A stretch of DNA of 53,003 nt, from positions 1 through 53,003 of the forward strand of contig JBHJOF010000004.1 in assembly GCA_050330055.1 (NCBI GenBank), given 5' to 3'. The position numbers were made by a program, and so were the translations under genes. Under the pieces are notes generated by a model. It saw only the letters and a list, made by a program, of their open reading frames with translations. It had not been told where the DNA came from and searched no databases. Below, in pieces: positions 38,573-52,716 of the stretch (the first letter of the stretch is position 1; each line of letters begins with the position of its first letter). The stretch comes from Kiloniellales bacterium. Lineage in GTDB: Bacteria > Pseudomonadota > Alphaproteobacteria > Kiloniellales > JAKSDN01.

Positions 38573-39589
38573 ATGCGCCCGCGCGGGCGGCCAATACTCT
38601 CGGCCCTGGCGCTTGGGCTGGCCCTGCTGCTGAGCCCGCGCGCGGCGCTTGCCGCCGAGAGCCTGGTGGCGGATGCCACCGAATATCCCTGGAGCGCGAT
38701 CGGCCGTGTCAACACCGCCGGCCAGGGCTTCTGCACTGGCTTCCTGGTCGGCCCGCGCAGCGTCTTGACCGCGGCCCATTGCCTCTACAACGCGCGCGAC
38801 GGCTACTGGTATCACCCCGAAGACGTCCACTTCGTCGCCGGCTATCAACGCGATCGTCATCTGGCCCACGCTCGGGCCGCGTCCTACGTGAGGGCGGGCG
38901 GCTATCGCCTGAACGGCGAGCCGGAGCTGGGCGACAGTCTCAACGACTGGGCGGTGATCACGCTGACCGAGCCGATCGGCCGCGCCGTCGGCTGGCTCGG
39001 CCTGCAGCGCTTCGACGCCAGTCTGCTGGCGGAGCTGCGCAGCGGCGGCGCCCGGCTGCTGCAGGCCGGCTACCGGCGCGAGCGCAGCCATGCGCTGTCG
39101 CTCGGCTTCGGCTGCAGGATCCCCGGGCTCTTCGCCGGTGGCCTCGGGATCCTGCATGACTGCGACGTGGTGGAAGGCGGCTCCGGCTCGCCGCTTCTGG
39201 TCTTCAGCGGCGAGCGGCTGCGCGTCCTCGGCTTGCACACCCAGCGGCTGGACAGCGACCAGCACGAGCCCTACGCCGCCGTGCTGGCCGCCACCATCTT
39301 CGACCCGGCGCAGGGCACGGCCGAGGCAACTGCGGCGGGCCGTGTCGCCGGCCTGACCTGGGGGCCCGGCATGCCGCCGCAGGCCGGTGGCCAGGCGCGT
39401 GGCGAGCCCGGCAACACGGTGGCGCAGTTGCTGGCGCGTCTGGGCTTCCTCGATGGCCCCAGCGACGCAGGTCCCACTGCCGCGGACCGCCAAGCGGCGA
39501 TCCGCGCCTTCGAGCAGGCCAACGGCCTGCCGGTCACCGGCGAGCCCTCGATCGCGCTGCTGGCCCGCTTGGCCGCCGCGCTGCGCTGA
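38573..39589 (+). CDS. secreted trypsin-like (V8/Glu-endopeptidase-like) serine protease with a C-terminal peptidoglycan-binding domain
   Basis: The ATG at 38573 gives the signal peptide MRPRGRPILSALALGLALLLSPRAALA. His motif LTAAHCLY and Ser motif GGSGSPLL. The C-terminal LGFLDGP...AIRAFEQANGLPVTG is PG_binding_1-like. Confidence 0.75.
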   Translation: MRPRGRPILSALALGLALLLSPRAALAAESLVADATEYPWSAIGRVNTAGQGFCTGFLVGPRSVLTAAHCLYNARDGYWYHPEDVHFVAGYQRDRHLAHARAASYVRAGGYRLNGEPELGDSLNDWAVITLTEPIGRAVGWLGLQRFDASLLAELRSGGARLLQAGYRRERSHALSLGFGCRIPGLFAGGLGILHDCDVVEGGSGSPLLVFSGERLRVLGLHTQRLDSDQHEPYAAVLAATIFDPAQGTAEATAAGRVAGLTWGPGMPPQAGGQARGEPGNTVAQLLARLGFLDGPSDAGPTAADRQAAIRAFEQANGLPVTGEPSIALLARLAAALR

Positions 39590-39726
39590 CACGGCCGATC
39601 CCGCCGCCAACGCCGGAGACGGCGGCGGTCTTCGAACGGCACAGTCTCAGGATGACCGGGCGGCACGCTGCTCACCAGCAAGCAGGCCCGCTCGTCCCCC
39701 CGGCAGTCCTCAGGGCAGTCCCCCGC

Positions 39727-40230
39727 CTACAGCAGCTCCAGGCTCTCCGCCATCGGCCCCTTGTGCCCCATGCGGATCTGCAGGCGCACCCGCTGGTTCG
39801 GCTCGACCATGTTCAGACCGACGCGTTCCAGCGTACGGGCGGAGATGAAGATGTCCTTGCCGCCGTCGTCCGGAATGACGAAGCCGAATCCCTTCGAGGC
39901 ATTGAAGAACTTCACCGTGCCTTCCATCACCTCGGTCGGCCCGTCGAGCTCGATCCCCGGTCTGTCGTCTTCCGGCATGTCCTCGATGCTGCTGATCGAG
40001 GCCACCTGCGGACCGCGCCGTCCTTCGGCGATGTCGCAGATGATCGTGGTGCCTCCCGGCAGTCTTGCTTGCCCGACCTGTTGAACGACCGAAATGTGCA
40101 AAAACGCGTCCGGTGATCCGTCGCTGCGCTGGACGAAACCGAACCCCTTCACTGGATTGAACCACTTGACGGTGGCCGTGACGTCCCGCTGCGAAACCAC
40201 AGGACGGTCATCGTCGTGATTTCGTGACAT
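39727..40230 (-). CDS. cold-shock family protein with two CSD domains
   Basis: It has two copies of the RNP1-like motif (VKWFNPVKGFGFV and VKFFNASKGFGFV). The ATG is at 40230. Confidence 0.85.
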   Translation of the reverse strand: MSRNHDDDRPVVSQRDVTATVKWFNPVKGFGFVQRSDGSPDAFLHISVVQQVGQARLPGGTTIICDIAEGRRGPQVASISSIEDMPEDDRPGIELDGPTEVMEGTVKFFNASKGFGFVIPDDGGKDIFISARTLERVGLNMVEPNQRVRLQIRMGHKGPMAESLELL

Positions 40231-40448
40231 GCAACCTAGCTCCAATACGAACCCCCAAGACCACTGATATCGCAGAGTCGGTTCGGGGGGTAGAAAAAAT
40301 GTCACAGATGAGGGAGCGAAAGGGCACGCCGCAGCGCGTAAAGCAGGCTGAACTCGGCAATGAGCCCTAACTCATACGTAGGCATATGTAATCTGTGCTA
40401 TCGCGCCCTAGCTTGCCTGTCCGGCCGGGCAGATGGTGCGAAGGGCGC

Positions 40449-40475
40449 AAAAAGGGGGCGGGAAATCCCGCCCCC
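40449..40475 (-). terminator. rho-independent terminator after the ABC substrate-binding gene
   Basis: On the minus strand: gggggcggg attt cccgccccc followed by ttttt. It lies 44 nt after the stop at 40519. Confidence 0.75.
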
Positions 40476-40518
40476 AGGTTGCATGAGCCAAAGGCCTGTT
40501 TGGATCGGCAGCCCTACT

Positions 40519-42282
<1,764 letters not shown>

Positions 42283-42359
42283 CGGACTCCTCCCACGGTT
42301 TTCGTTGCAACACCCGGGGGCAGCTGCCGGTCCGCGGCTGCTCCCTCCCTCGATTGGCC

Positions 42360-42641
42360 TCACACCCATTTGAACACCGCTATGGCAAAGAGGATGGAGA
42401 GGCCGAGAGCCCACCACAGGCTCGGCCCGACGAGGCCGAGCCATGCGAGATGAATGTAAGCGCTGCCGAGCAGCGATATGAAAAGCCGGTCGCCGCGCGT
42501 GGTATCGAGCCCGAGGACGCCGCGCCGCATGCCGCCTCCGGGCGAAAGCCACTCCCATAGGGTCATCGCGACCAGCAGAAGCGCGATGCAGGTGAAGAAG
42601 GCCGCGGTCTGCCAGGTCCATGCCATCCACGAGAGGTCCAT
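42360..42641 (-). CDS. DUF2160-like small membrane protein
   Basis: 93 aa with 2-3 TM segments. It lies between the permease and SBP genes, as in the rhizobial glycerol ABC loci that I recall. Confidence 0.65.
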   Translation of the reverse strand: MDLSWMAWTWQTAAFFTCIALLLVAMTLWEWLSPGGGMRRGVLGLDTTRGDRLFISLLGSAYIHLAWLGLVGPSLWWALGLSILFAIAVFKWV

Positions 42642-42651
42642 AGCCTCCTCC

Positions 42652-43527
42652 TTACACCCGACCGAGAGCGAAGCCGCGCGCGATGTAGTTGCGCACGAAG
42701 TAGATGACGACGGCGCCGGGAATGATGGTCAGCACGGCCGCCGCGGCGAGCAGCGACACCTCGTAGCCCGATATGCTTGACGTACGGGTCATGATCGACG
42801 CGATTGGCCGGGCGGCGGCCGACGTCAGGTTCTTGGCGAGCAACAGCTCGACCCACGAGAACATGAAGCAGAAGAAGGCGGCCACGCCGATCCCCGTGGC
42901 GACCAACGGCATGAAGATCTTCACGAAGAAGTGGGGGAAGGAGTAGCCGTCGATATAGGCCGTCTCGTCGATCTCGCGCGGCACGCCCGACATGAATCCC
43001 TCGAGAATCCACACGGCGAGCGGAATGTTGAACAGGCAGTGCGCCAGTGCCACCGCGATGTGCGTATCGAACAGCCCGACCGAAGAATAGAGCTGGACGA
43101 AGGGCAGCACGAAGATGGCCGGCGGCGCCATCCTGTTGGTCAGGAGCCAGAAGAACAGGTGCTTGTCGCCGACGAAGCGATAGCGCGAGAAAGCATAGGC
43201 GGCGGGCAGCGCCACCAAGAGCGAGAGAACGGTGTTTATGGTGACGTAGATGATCGAGTTGATGTAGCCGTTGTACCAGCTCGGGTCCGTGAATATGCGC
43301 TGGTAGTTCTGCAGCGTGAAGTTGTGCGGCCACAGCGTAAAGTCCCCCAGGACCTCGCCGGTGGTCTTGAACGACATGTTCAGGAGCCAGTAGATCGGCA
43401 CCATCAGAAAGATGATGTAGAGGGTGGGCACGAGCCACGCGTAGCTCACGCGGGCCCGCACGCGCACAGGCGCCGCGCCGGCCTTTGGAGCCGCCCTTGC
43501 CTGTGCTGTCGCCGCGCTGTCGGTCAT
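42652..43527 (-). CDS. ABC transporter permease (carbohydrate uptake type)
   Basis: It has six TM segments and the EAA-like loop EIDETAYIDGYSFPHFFVKIFMP. Confidence 0.85.
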   Translation of the reverse strand: MTDSAATAQARAAPKAGAAPVRVRARVSYAWLVPTLYIIFLMVPIYWLLNMSFKTTGEVLGDFTLWPHNFTLQNYQRIFTDPSWYNGYINSIIYVTINTVLSLLVALPAAYAFSRYRFVGDKHLFFWLLTNRMAPPAIFVLPFVQLYSSVGLFDTHIAVALAHCLFNIPLAVWILEGFMSGVPREIDETAYIDGYSFPHFFVKIFMPLVATGIGVAAFFCFMFSWVELLLAKNLTSAAARPIASIMTRTSSISGYEVSLLAAAAVLTIIPGAVVIYFVRNYIARGFALGRV

Positions 43528-43552
43528 CGCTGCTTGCTCCCCGGCGGCATCG

Positions 43553-44419
43553 TCACCACCGTTCCTCGTTACGCATCATCAAGGTGTAGAAGATCCAGCT
43601 GATCGCCAGGACGATCAGGAAGTAGATGATGGACATCGCCGCCGCAGGGCCGACGTCGAACTGGCCGAGCGCGATCTTGACCAGGTCGATCGACAGAAGC
43701 GTCGTCGAGTTCCCCGGTCCGCCGCCGGTCAGCACGAAGAGCTCGGTATAGATGATGAACGAGTCCATGAAACGCAACAGGACGGCGATGGTCAGCACGC
43801 GCTTCATCTTCGGCAGCTGGATGTAGCGGAACACCGCCCAGCGCGAGGCGCCGTCGATGCGCGCCGCCTGGTAGTAGGCATCCGGGATCGCCATCAGCCC
43901 GGCATAGGCGAGCAGCACGACGAGCGACGTCCAGTGCCAGACGTCCATGAGGATGAGGGTGAACCAGGCGTCTCCGTGCTGCCTCGTGAAGTTGTAGTTG
44001 AACCCCAGGTCGTTGAGCACGCGGCCGAGAAGACCGATCTCGGGAAGCGCGAAGATGTTCCAGATCGCGCCCACCACGTGCCACGGAATGAGCAGCGGTA
44101 GGGCCATCAGGACGAGGCATACCGAGACCCAAGGGCCTTTCCGCGGCATCGCCAGCGCAATGGCGACACCGAGCGGGATCTCGATCAGGAGGATGGTTCC
44201 GGTGAACGCGAACTGGCGCATCAGTGCTGCATGGAAGCGCTCGGACCTCAGCACCTGCTCGAACCACTTCGCGCCCTCGAAGAAATACACGCCGGCGCCG
44301 AAGGTTTCCTGGACCGAGTAGCTGACTACGGTCATCAGCGGGATAACGGCGTTGAAACCGACCAGCACCAGCACCGGCAGAACGAGAAACCAGGCCAAGT
44401 TGTTTTCGACTTTGCCCAT
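43553..44419 (-). CDS. ABC transporter permease (carbohydrate uptake type)
   Basis: The ATG is at 44419 (MGKVENNLAWFLVLP). The EAA loop is YYQAARIDGASRWAVFRYIQLP. Confidence 0.85.
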   Translation of the reverse strand: MGKVENNLAWFLVLPVLVLVGFNAVIPLMTVVSYSVQETFGAGVYFFEGAKWFEQVLRSERFHAALMRQFAFTGTILLIEIPLGVAIALAMPRKGPWVSVCLVLMALPLLIPWHVVGAIWNIFALPEIGLLGRVLNDLGFNYNFTRQHGDAWFTLILMDVWHWTSLVVLLAYAGLMAIPDAYYQAARIDGASRWAVFRYIQLPKMKRVLTIAVLLRFMDSFIIYTELFVLTGGGPGNSTTLLSIDLVKIALGQFDVGPAAAMSIIYFLIVLAISWIFYTLMMRNEERW

Positions 44420-44430
44420 GGCGCGTTCCG

Positions 44431-45522
<1,092 letters not shown>

Positions 45523-45531
45523 CGCGTCCTC

Positions 45532-46652
<1,121 letters not shown>

Positions 46653-46656
<4 letters not shown>

Positions 46657-48200
46657 TGCGCCACGCTCCTCTCGCTGCGGTCCGTTCCCTGGGCGAGGCC
46701 GTCGCTCGCGCCGAAGCGCGCGGCCAGCCGCTCCCTGGTCGCCGGCGTGACGTGCAGGCCGAGCTTGGAGCGGCGCCAGAGGATGTCGTCAGCGCTGCGC
46801 GCCCATTCGCTCTGCACCAGGTAGTCGACCTCGGCTTCGTAGAGCCCGTCGCCCAGCGCCTGGCCGAGGCCGTCTAGGCCCTTGGCGCCGCCGATCAGGC
46901 GCTCGGCCCGGGTGCCGTAGGCGCGCAGATAGCGCCACGCCAAGTCGGCCGGCAGCCAGGGATGGCGGCGCTGGAAATCGGCCAGCCCGCGCTCGAAGTC
47001 GGCGCCCGGCAGGTCGCCGCCGGGCAGCACCGAATCGCGCGTCCAGGCCGGCGCGCTGCGCCCGAGCAGCGGCAGCAACCGCTCGAGGGCGTGCTCGGCC
47101 AGCTTGCGGTAGGTGGTGATCTTGCCGCCGAAGACCGACAGCAGGGGCGGCGCCCCGCCCGCCGTGTCGAGGTCGAAGACGTAGTCGCGCGTAACCGCCG
47201 AGACGTTCTGGCTGGCGTCGTCGTACAGCGGCCGCACGCCGGCGTAGCTCCAGACCGCGTCCGACGGCGCCACCGGCTTCGCCAGATAGCGGTTCACCGC
47301 GGCGCAAAGATAAGCGCGCTCGGCCTCGTCGATCGCCACCTGGGCCGGATCGCCCTCATAGGCGACGTCGGTGGTGCCGATCAGCGTGTAGTCGCCCTCG
47401 TAGGGGATGGCGAAGATGACCCGGCGGTCCTCGTTCTGAAACAGATAGGCCTGCGGGCCGTCGTAGAGGCGCGGCACCACCAGGTGGCTGCCCTTGACCA
47501 GCCGCAGGCGGCGCTCCCGATTGACACCGGTGACCTGGCCGAGCACCTCGGTGACCCAGGGCCCGGCGGCGTTGACCAGCGCGCGGGCGCGCAGGTTGCG
47601 AACCGCTCCGTTCGCCGTCGACTCGAGGCGCGCTTGCCAGAGGCCGCCGTCGCGGCGCGCCGCGACGCAGCGCGTGCGGGTCAGGATTTCGGTGCCGCGC
47701 TCCTGCGCGTCGAGCGCGTTCAGCACCACCAGGCGCGAATCCTCGACCCAGCAGTCGGCGTAGCTGAAGCCCTTGGTGAAGCGCCCCTGCAACGGCCCGC
47801 CGAGCGGGCTGCGGCGCAGGTCGAGGCCGCGCGAGGCCGGCAGTCTCTCGCGCCCGCCCAGGTGATCGTAAAGCAACAGACCGAGTCGGATCAGCCAGGC
47901 GGGGCGCTGCTCGGGGCTGTGCGGCAGCACGAAGGTCAAGGGCCAGATGATGTGCGGCGCGGCGCGCAGCAGCACCTCGCGCTCGATCAGCGCCTCGCGC
48001 ACCAGCCGGAACTCGTAGTACTCGAGATAGCGCAGGCCACCGTGGATCAGCTTGGTGCTGGCCGAGGAGGTGGCGCCGGCCAGGTCGCTCTGCTCGCAGA
48101 GCACGACCGAGAGACCACGCCCGGCCGCGTCGCGGGCGATGCCGGCGCCATTGATTCCACCGCCGATGACAAGAAGATCGATCGGGTCTTCGCCCGCCAC
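46653..48200 (-). CDS. glpD: FAD-dependent glycerol-3-phosphate dehydrogenase
   Basis: DLLVIGGGINGAGIARDAAGRG (FAD Rossmann) and TSSASTKLIHGGLRYLE are GlpD hallmarks. I prefer the GTG at 48200, 7 nt after GGGGAGG, over the ORF-track ATG at 48302. Confidence 0.85.
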
Positions 48201-48333
48201 GAGCACGCCTCCCCACTGCTTCGCGCCAGGGCCCTGCGAAGCCACAGCGCAACTTTGGCGCCTGCACAGGCGCCGCCGGTGCATCCTTTGAGCGATCGGC
48301 ACCGTTCGAGTTCGACAATAGAAGCCCTTTATA

Positions 48334-48351
48334 ATTTTCGCAAACGAAAAT
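48334..48351. promoter_or_regulatory. candidate DeoR/GlpR operator
   Basis: attttcg caaa cgaaaat is a 7-bp inverted repeat in the glpR-glpD gap. Related half-sites are tgaaaat at 48375-48381 and cgaaaat at 49308-49314, upstream of glpR. Confidence 0.35.
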
Positions 48352-48412
48352 GGAAGGGCCGAGAAGTTGGATTATGAAAATGCGGTAAGCCGCTGGTCGA
48401 ACAGACTGAAGG

Positions 48413-49249
48413 CTATTCGGCGGCGCGCCGGGCTTCCGCCACGTGCAGGGCAACGTTGGCGTCGGCCAGCAGCTTGCGGATCACCGCCGGCGGCGGCGCG
48501 TCGGTGAAGAAGGCGCTGAGCTGGGACAGGTGGCCGAGCCGCACCATGGGGCTGCGCCCGAACTTGGTGTGGTCGGCGACCAGGAAGACCTGGCGCGAGT
48601 TGGCCATGATGGCCTGCGCCACCCGCACCTCGCGGTAATCGAAATCGAGCAGCGTGCCGTCGTTGTCGATGCCGCTGATGCCGATGATGCCGAAATCGAC
48701 CTTGAACTGATGGATGGTGTCGATCGCCGCCTCGCCGACGATGCCCTGGTCGCGGCTGCGCACCAGGCCGCCGGCGATGATCACCTCGAACTCCGGGTTG
48801 CGGCTGGTGATGCTGGCGACGTTGAGGTTGTTGGTGATGATGCGCAGGCCGGCGTGGTCCATCAGGGCCTGGGCCACGGCCTCGGTGGTGGTGCCGATGT
48901 TGATGAACAGCGAGGCGTGGTCGGGAATCTCCTGCGCCACGGCGCGGGCGATGCGGGCCTTCTCCTCCAGGCACAGCACCTGGCGCGTGCTGTAGGCGAG
49001 ATTCTCGACCGAGGACGGCAGGCCGGCGCCGCCGTGAAAGCGCTGTAGCTGGGCCGAGCGGCAGAGCTCGTTGATGTCGCGCCGGATGGTCTGCGGCGTG
49101 ACGCCGAGCTGCTGCGCAAGGGCCTCGATCGAAACGAAGCCATGGCGCCTGACCAGGGCCAGGATGTGCTCCCTGCGCTCGTCCTGCGAGGCCACGCGGC
49201 CGTTCTCCCGTTGCAGCAGCGCCGGCCCCCATGGCCGGCTCGCGCCCAT
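48413..49249 (-). CDS. glpR: DeoR family transcriptional repressor
   Basis: The HTH is VSIEALAQQLGVTPQTIRRDINEL, followed by a DeoR C-terminal sugar-phosphate sensor domain. It lies directly upstream of glpD. The start is uncertain (49249 or the GTG at 49195). Confidence 0.8.
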   Translation of the reverse strand: MGASRPWGPALLQRENGRVASQDERREHILALVRRHGFVSIEALAQQLGVTPQTIRRDINELCRSAQLQRFHGGAGLPSSVENLAYSTRQVLCLEEKARIARAVAQEIPDHASLFINIGTTTEAVAQALMDHAGLRIITNNLNVASITSRNPEFEVIIAGGLVRSRDQGIVGEAAIDTIHQFKVDFGIIGISGIDNDGTLLDFDYREVRVAQAIMANSRQVFLVADHTKFGRSPMVRLGHLSQLSAFFTDAPPPAVIRKLLADANVALHVAEARRAAE

Positions 49250-49366
49250 TGTCGCGCCAAAGAGCGGGAATGCGCGATTTAGATCACGGAACGGCGATGT
49301 TCGAAAGCGAAAATTGGCCCATTGGAGAGCCGCTTACGGCCGCACCGCGGTAATTGCCGCTGCTGT

Positions 49367-51793
49367 TCAGGCGGCCTTGCTCGACGCGCTCGCCGACTCG
49401 CGCAGGCGGACCACTAGGCCCTCGAGCTGCTCGGCCAGGGCGACCGACTGCTCGGCCAGCCCGGCCGAGGCCTGCAGCACGCTGGCGGCTGAGCGGTCGG
49501 TCTTGTCAGCCGCTTCCGAGACGCTGTCGATGCTGTCGGTGACCTGCTCGGTGCCGTGGCAGGCTTGCTGCACGTTGCGGGCGATCTCCTGGGTCGCCCC
49601 CGCCTGCTGCTCGACGGTGGAAAGGATCGCGGACGCGATCTCGTTCATCTGATCGATGGTCTTGCCGATGCCGCCGATGACGCTCGCCGCGCTCGTCGTG
49701 GCGTTCTGCATGGCGGTAATCTGCTGCGCGATCTCTTCAGTCGCCTTGCCGGTCTGGGTCGCCAGGTTCTTCACTTCGCTCGCGACCACGGCGAAGCCCT
49801 TGCCGGCTTCGCCGGCCCGCGCCGCCTCGATGGTGGCGTTGAGCGCCAAGAGATTGGTCTGCTCGGCGATGTCCTGGATCAGGTTGACCACCTCGCCGAT
49901 GCGCTGTGCGGCGGCAACCAACCCCTCTACCTCCTCGTTGGTGCGGCGCGCTTCCTCGGTCGCCTTCTTGGCGATCTCATTCGAGCTGGCGACGTTGCGG
50001 TTGATCTCGGCGATCGACGACGAGAGTTCCTCGGCCGAAGCGGCGACCGTCTGCACGTTCTGCGAGGCCTCGGCCGAGGCGTCGCGCACGGCGGCGGACT
50101 GCTCCTTGGTCTGGTCGGCCAGCTTCGACATGGACTGGGCGTTGTGGGTCATGTCGTCGGAGGCGCTGCGCACGGCATCGACGATGGCCTTGACCTTGAC
50201 GTCGAGGGTGTCGGCCAGCTCCAGCATGAGCTTGTCGCGCTCGGCCTGGGCCCGCCGCTCGGCCTCCTGCTGCTCGGCGCGCAGCCGCTCGACCTCCTGG
50301 CCGTTGTCCTTGAAGACCTGCACCGCAAGCGCCATGGCGCCGAGCTCGTCGCGCCGCTCGCGGTCCGGCACCTCGACCGAGAAATCGTTGGCGACCAGAC
50401 GCTGCATCACCGCGGTCAGGCGCGAGACGGGACGCGAGATGCCGCGTCCGATGACGAAAGCAAGCACGATGCCGATCGCAAGCGCACCCAGGGTTCCGGC
50501 CACCATGAGGGTCTGGCTGAGCACGCGCTGATCATCCATCGCCGCGCCCAGCGTCTGATCAGCGCCGCGCACCAGTCCGAGCACCGCATCCTGCGCCGCG
50601 CGCATGGTCTGCTCGGCCTCGGCCTGCAGGTCGAGGGCCTCGGCCATCTGCTCGAGCGCGGCGCGGTAGGCCTTGATCGCCTGATCGATCTGCTCGACCA
50701 AGGCGAACTGATCATCGCCGTCGACGAACTTGCGCAGCTTGATCGGCAGCAAGCCGATGCTGCGCAGCTGCTGCTGCATCGGCTCCAGCGCCTGCTCGCC
50801 GCCGCCCTGCTGCACGAACTCGCGCTCGGCGAGCTGCAGGCCGCGGGTGAAGGCCACCAGGCGCAGGGCGTCGGCCTGGGCAACGACGGCGCGATCGACC
50901 AGCTTGCGCGCCTCGGCGGTGCCGGCCGCCACCTCGTTGTAAGCTTCGCGCTGGCGCTTCTCGATGGCGCCCGTAAAGGCATTGATGCGGGTCGAGGACT
51001 TGGCCAGCTCCGCCTCGACCGCGCTGACACCCTCGCCGGCTTCATAGGCCTTGGCCAGATCGGCGAAGGATTTGCGGTAGGCGTTGACTTCTTTCGACAC
51101 CTTGGCGACGGCCGCCTCGTCGGCCGTGCCGGCCGACAGCTTGCGCAGCGCGACGGCGGCCAGGAACATCTGCTTGATCGATTCCATGGCGACGTCCGCG
51201 TCGGCCTCGGCGCGGGTGAGCCGGAACACCGCTTCGCCCTCGCGCGCCTTCAGGGTGGCGCGGATCAGGTCATCGGCCGCCTGGGCGAGGTCGAGGCGCC
51301 GGGCCTGCTCGGTCTCTGCCACTTCCAAGCCCTCGACCAGCCGGCTGTATTCCGCTTGCTGCGCGTCGCGGATCGCCACCGCCCGTGATTCGAGCTCGGT
51401 GGTGCGCGCCAGCATGTCCTGCAGGCGCTGAGCGTTCTGGCGGTCCAGGGTAGCGTAGTTGGCCAAGGCGGCCTGGTAGGAGGCGATCGCACCGGCGACC
51501 GAGTCCATGGTCTCGCGCGCCGTGTCGCTCTCGTCGCGCAGCTCCGCTGCCCTGGCGCCGACCTCCCCGATCCCGGCCGAGGCGGCCTCCAGGTCGGCTG
51601 GATCGCCGCTCTGCCGGTAGGCGCCGACCGAAGCCGTGGCCTCGTTCAAACGCTGTACCAGCCCGGACATTCGGTCCTTGGCACTAACGCCGTCTGAGTA
51701 ATTGATAAGGCTAGTCCAGCCAATCGTGCCGACAAACGCGGTAAGCAGCAGGACTGCGGCAAAACCTATGGAAATCCTGAAGCTTATTGGCAC
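49367..51793 (-). CDS. methyl-accepting chemotaxis protein with a large helical periplasmic domain
   Basis: TM1 is IGFAAVLLLTAFVGTIGW. About 400 aa of Ala/Glu-rich periplasmic region follows, then TM2, HAMP (RPVSRLTAVMQRL...) and the conserved signalling hairpin IAEQTNLLALNATIEAARAGEAGKGFAVVASEVKNLA. Confidence 0.9.
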   Translation of the reverse strand: MPISFRISIGFAAVLLLTAFVGTIGWTSLINYSDGVSAKDRMSGLVQRLNEATASVGAYRQSGDPADLEAASAGIGEVGARAAELRDESDTARETMDSVAGAIASYQAALANYATLDRQNAQRLQDMLARTTELESRAVAIRDAQQAEYSRLVEGLEVAETEQARRLDLAQAADDLIRATLKAREGEAVFRLTRAEADADVAMESIKQMFLAAVALRKLSAGTADEAAVAKVSKEVNAYRKSFADLAKAYEAGEGVSAVEAELAKSSTRINAFTGAIEKRQREAYNEVAAGTAEARKLVDRAVVAQADALRLVAFTRGLQLAEREFVQQGGGEQALEPMQQQLRSIGLLPIKLRKFVDGDDQFALVEQIDQAIKAYRAALEQMAEALDLQAEAEQTMRAAQDAVLGLVRGADQTLGAAMDDQRVLSQTLMVAGTLGALAIGIVLAFVIGRGISRPVSRLTAVMQRLVANDFSVEVPDRERRDELGAMALAVQVFKDNGQEVERLRAEQQEAERRAQAERDKLMLELADTLDVKVKAIVDAVRSASDDMTHNAQSMSKLADQTKEQSAAVRDASAEASQNVQTVAASAEELSSSIAEINRNVASSNEIAKKATEEARRTNEEVEGLVAAAQRIGEVVNLIQDIAEQTNLLALNATIEAARAGEAGKGFAVVASEVKNLATQTGKATEEIAQQITAMQNATTSAASVIGGIGKTIDQMNEIASAILSTVEQQAGATQEIARNVQQACHGTEQVTDSIDSVSEAADKTDRSAASVLQASAGLAEQSVALAEQLEGLVVRLRESASASSKAA

Positions 51794-52052
51794 GGCAGGG
51801 GCTCCTCTCCGGCAGTCAGCTCTGGCAACTGACCGGGAGTTTTGCGCGCAATAGCTTTGAGAATTGTTAATTTGTTCGTCCTAGTTCTATCCCCGCGGCG
51901 AGGGAGGCCAGGACATGGCAGGCCCGCAACTGTTCCCCTGGAATGGTTGCAAGTCGATCATGTCCGGCCCGCGAGTCGTCAGCCCGCCGCCGCCCGACTT
52001 GGTGGGACGGTGAGGTGCCATTGCTAGCCCTGAGAAACGGAGTATTCCCGCG

Positions 52053-52640
52053 ATGAAGTCTAAGCTTTGCACGGCCCTGGCGGCCGCGGCGCTGGTCCTT
52101 TCCGGTCTTGCCGCCAGCGCCTCGGCCAACGACTACGAGCCGCAGATCCGCGCGGCCTTCGAAACCAAGATCAAGCCTTGGCTCAGCGACCCGAAGGTGG
52201 TCGAGGCCATCAAGGCGCAGAACCAGAAGCACGTCGGCCTGAGCGAGGCCGAGATCGACACCCTGGACAAGCAGTGGCGCGCCGAGGCCAAGGCCGGCGG
52301 CGGCCCGCTGATCGACGAGGTGATGGCCAACGCGCTCTCGAGCTTCCTGAAGAGCAAGAAGAGCGAGATCGGCGGCTTGGTCACCGAGATGTTCGTGATG
52401 GACAACCTCGGCCTCAACGTCGGCCAGAGCGACGTAACCACCGACTACATGCAGGGCGACGAGGCCAAGTGGCAGAAGACCTACCCGGCCGGCCCCGGCG
52501 CGGTCTTTGTCGACGACGTCGAGTTCGACGATAGCACCGAGAGCTTCCAGTCGCAGATCAGCGTCACGATCGTCGATCCGGCGACCGGCGAGCCGATCGG
52601 CGCCATCACCGTCGGCGTCAACGTCGAAGAGCTATCCTGA
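52053..52640 (+). CDS. secreted hypothetical protein, possibly a Cache/PDC-like fold
   Basis: The signal peptide is MKSKLCTALAAAALVLSGLAASASA. The pattern MFVMDNLGLNVGQSDVTTDYMQGDEAKW...GEPIGAITVGVNVE resembles single-Cache sensor domains. I cannot make a firm family call. Confidence 0.5.
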   Translation: MKSKLCTALAAAALVLSGLAASASANDYEPQIRAAFETKIKPWLSDPKVVEAIKAQNQKHVGLSEAEIDTLDKQWRAEAKAGGGPLIDEVMANALSSFLKSKKSEIGGLVTEMFVMDNLGLNVGQSDVTTDYMQGDEAKWQKTYPAGPGAVFVDDVEFDDSTESFQSQISVTIVDPATGEPIGAITVGVNVEELS

Positions 52641-52664
52641 GCCCTTCCCGGCCGACGCCTGTCG

Positions 52665-52691
52665 CAGGGCCGCCCCCTTCGGGCGGCCCTG
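52665..52691 (+). terminator. GC-rich hairpin after the secreted-protein gene
   Basis: cagggccgccc ccttc gggcggccctg gives an 11-bp stem and a 5-nt loop. No clear T-tract follows. Confidence 0.5.
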
Positions 52692-52716
52692 ACTCATTCC
52701 GGGTTGGCGATCCGTC

